The notes beneath the pieces were generated by a model. It was not told the origin of the DNA. It searched no databases and was given only the letters and a program-made list of their open reading frames with translations. Source: Macrostomum lignano (Eukaryota). From it: a stretch of DNA of 64,000 bases. This document shows positions 61,120 to 64,000 of this stretch, piece after piece. The position numbers were made by a program, and so were the translations under genes. Positions within the stretch are counted from its first letter, which is position 1. Every line of letters begins with the position of its first letter. Location of the stretch: the NCBI GenBank assembly GCA_002269645.1, contig NIVC01000461.1, positions 1 to 64,000 of the forward strand, given 5' to 3'.

Positions 61120-62600
61120 CCATTTTGAAGGTTGAAAGGGGTGCCATTTTGAACCTTGTAAAATGTACCATTTCGAACTTTAAAAAGGGATGCAATTTTG
61201 ATCCTTGAAAGGGGTGCCATTTTGAACCTTGAAAGGGGTGCCATTTTGAACCTTGAAAGGCCAGGTGCCATTTTGAACATGAAAGGGGTGCCATTTTGAA
61301 CCTTGTAAAATGTACCATTTCGAACGTTGAAAGGGATACTATTTTGAACCTTGAAAGGGGTGCCATTTTGAACCTTGTAAAATGTACCATTTCGAACTTT
61401 GAAAGGGATGCCATTTTGAACCTTGAAAGGGGTGCCATTTTGAACCTGAAAGGGGTGCCATTTCTAACCTTGAAAGGGGTGCCATTTTGAATCTTAAAAG
61501 GCCTGGTGCCATTTTGAACCTTGAACGGCTAGGTGTTATTTTGAATCTTAAAAGGCCTGGTGCCATTTTGTACCTTGAACGGCCAGGTGTTATTTTGAAT
61601 CTTAAAAGGCCTGGTGCCATTTTGAATCTTGAAAGGGGTGCCATTTCGAACCTCGAAAGGCCAGGTGCCATTTTGAATCTTAAAAGGCCTGGTGCCATTT
61701 TGAATCTTGAAAGGGGTGCCATTTTGAACCTGAAAGGGGTGCCATTTTGAATCTTAAAAGGGGTGCCATTTCGAATCTTGAAAGGGGTGCCATTTTGAAC
61801 CTGAAAGGGGTGCCATTTCTAACCTTGAAAGGGGTGCCATTTTGAATCTTAAAAGGCCTGGTGCCATTTTGAACCTTGAACGGCCAGGTGTTATTTTGAA
61901 TCTTAAAAGGCCTGGTGCCATTTTGAACCTTGTAAAATGTACCATTTCGAACTTTGAAAGGGGTGCCATTTTGAACCTGAAAAGGGTGCCATTTTGAACC
62001 TGAAAGGGGTGCCATTTTGAATCTTGAAAGGGGTGCCATTTCGAACCTCGAAAGGCCAGGTGCCATTTTGAATCTTAAAAGGCCTGGTGCCATTTTGAAT
62101 CTTGAAAGGGGTGCCATTTTGAACCTGAAAGGGGTGCCATTTTGAATCTTAAAAGGGGTGCCATTTCGAATCTTGAAAGGGGTGCCATTTTGAACCTGAA
62201 AGGGGTGCCATTTCGAACCTTGAAAGGCCAGGTGCCATTTTGAATCTTAAAAGGCCTGGTGCCATTTTGAATCTTAAAAGGCCTGGTGCCATTTTGAATC
62301 TTGAAAGGGGTGCCATTTTGAACCTGAAAGGGGTGCCATTTTGAATCTTAAAAGGGGTGCCATTTCGAATCTTGAAAGGGCAGGTGCCATTTTGAATCTT
62401 AAAAGGCCTGGTGCCATTTTGAATCTTGAAAGGGCAGGTGCCATTTTGAATCTTAAAAGGCCTGGTGCCATTTTGAATCTTGAAAGGGGTGCCATTTTGA
62501 ACCTGAAAGGGGTGCCATTTCGAATCTTGAAAGGCCAGGTGCCATTTTGAATCTTAAAAGGCCTGGTGCCATTTTGCACATTGAAAGGGTTGCCATTTTG
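61120..62600. repeat. About 24-bp variable minisatellite (GAAAGGGGTGCCATTTTGAACCTT)
   Basis: Direct reading. Confidence 0.96.
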
Positions 62601-63199
62601 AACAGGAAAAGATAGCATTTCGTAACTTATCCGGTCCTCGTTCTAAGCCTACTGAGCGCCACTTTGAGAAATGTCTCGTACAGAAAAAATGCATTAGTTA
62701 ATAACTGTCCTTTATTTGCTTCTCCCTCGTTCCTTTGAGTAAGCGGCTTCCTAGGCACGCAACGAGTTGTCGTGCTAGCCCCGTAAATCTTACAAATGAG
62801 TAGGAGCCGCTCCAAGCCTAGGAGAGGGGATTGGCTCACTAATTAAAATTCTTAGAGATCTCTAGAGAAAACGGGACAGACAGATTGTCATACTACGCTC
62901 GTATTAAGCCTTTTAGAGGAAGAGTCACAGTGCAGTTGCACTTATAAGGCCTATTATAATGAATAATGCTCTAAAATTTAAAAAAAACAACAACAAACGG
63001 CTGACGGTCAGACTCTATAGCGGGTTATTATCTACTGATTTTGCATCCCAAAAATTCTAAAATAATAGTACAACTTTCGGCATAACTATACGAGCTAGAC
63101 AAAATGGATAGGCACATTTTTACTTCAAACACTATGGGAATGGGTTAGTAAATTATCTAATTGGTTTAACTAATAGCTTAATTGATACTCCGTAAACTC

Positions 63200-63865
63200 C
63201 TCCCAGTCCATAGACTAATTGGTCAGCTGATGCTCCCAGTCCATAGACTAATCGGTCAGCTGATGCTCCCAGTCCATAGACTAATCGGTCAGCTGATGCT
63301 CCCAGTCCATAGACTAATCGGTCAGCTGATGCTCCCAGTCCATAGACTAATCGGTCAGCTGATGCTCCCAGTCCATAGACTAATTGGTCAGCTGATGCTC
63401 CCAGTCCATAGACTAATCGGTCAGCTGATGCTCCCAGTCCATAGACTAATTGGTCAGCTGATGCTCCCAGTCTATAGACTAATTGGTCAGCTGATGCTCC
63501 CAGTCCATAGACTAATCGGTCAGCTGATGCTCCCAGTCCATAGACTAATTGGTCAGCTGATCCTCCCAGTCCATAGACTAATTGGTCAGCTGATGCTCCC
63601 AGTTCATAGACTAATCGGTCAGCTGATGCTCCCAGTCCATAGACTAATTGGTCAGCTGATGCTCCCAGTCCATAGACTAATTGGTCAGCTGATGCTCCCA
63701 GTCCATAGACTAATCGGTCAGCTGATGCTCCCAGTCCATAGACTAATCGGTCAGCTGATGATCCCAGTCCATAGACTAATTGGTCAGCTGATGCTCCCAG
63801 TCCATAGACTAATCGGTCAGCTGATGCTCCCAGTCCATAGACTAATTGGTCAGCTGATGCTCCCA
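63200..63865. repeat. 33-bp minisatellite (CCAGTCCATAGACTAATCGGTCAGCTGATGCTC), about 20 copies
   Basis: Direct reading. Confidence 0.97.
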
Positions 63866-64000
63866 ATCAACTGCAAATTCTTTGGTGATAATGCTAGAAC
63901 GGCAGCTAGAGCCACAGTAAATAAAAGGCATACTTTTGCTCAGATATAGATAGCAATAATAGTACAAATTAGGGCCTGTACAAAATACTGATAAGATGAC

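Noticed and set aside
60270-64000. Missing N-terminal RSK exons (G-loop/VAIK region)
   Set aside because: No frame resembling LGQGSFGKV or YAMKVLKK was found in the non-repeat segments; presumably beyond the window.

Overview
Eukaryotic (metazoan) genomic DNA, not prokaryotic. GC-rich exons, (GACA)n tracts and minisatellite-filled introns resemble the flatworm Macrostomum; this is inferred from genome style only. Three spliced genes were reconstructed by hand, all on the minus strand. (1) A 3-Ig-domain cell-surface protein of about 449 aa with signal peptide and GPI-type tail (lachesin/DIP/IgLON-like architecture), 31996->6247, with a probable GC-AG intron. (2) A complete cytosolic glycerol-3-phosphate dehydrogenase (GPD1, 5 exons, 366 aa, with a 15-Gly insertion), 43891->39107. 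(3) A 5'-truncated p90 ribosomal S6 kinase (RSK/RPS6KA, 6 coding exons seen), 58813->48968. The dominant unexplained structure is about 35 tandem arrays with 9-46 bp units covering a large part of the window. Nearly every long intron carries its own distinct array, often ending 7-30 nt from a splice site, and several arrays share short cores. Also present: a deleted Tc1/mariner-type element, a TIR/8-bp-TSD element whose subterminal repeat expanded into an array, and tRNA-derived SINE copies. Almost all long ORFs in the supplied track are translations of satellite DNA. There is no CRISPR array. Repeat coordinates are approximate (about +/-10 nt); exon coordinates were read from splice signals without RNA evidence.
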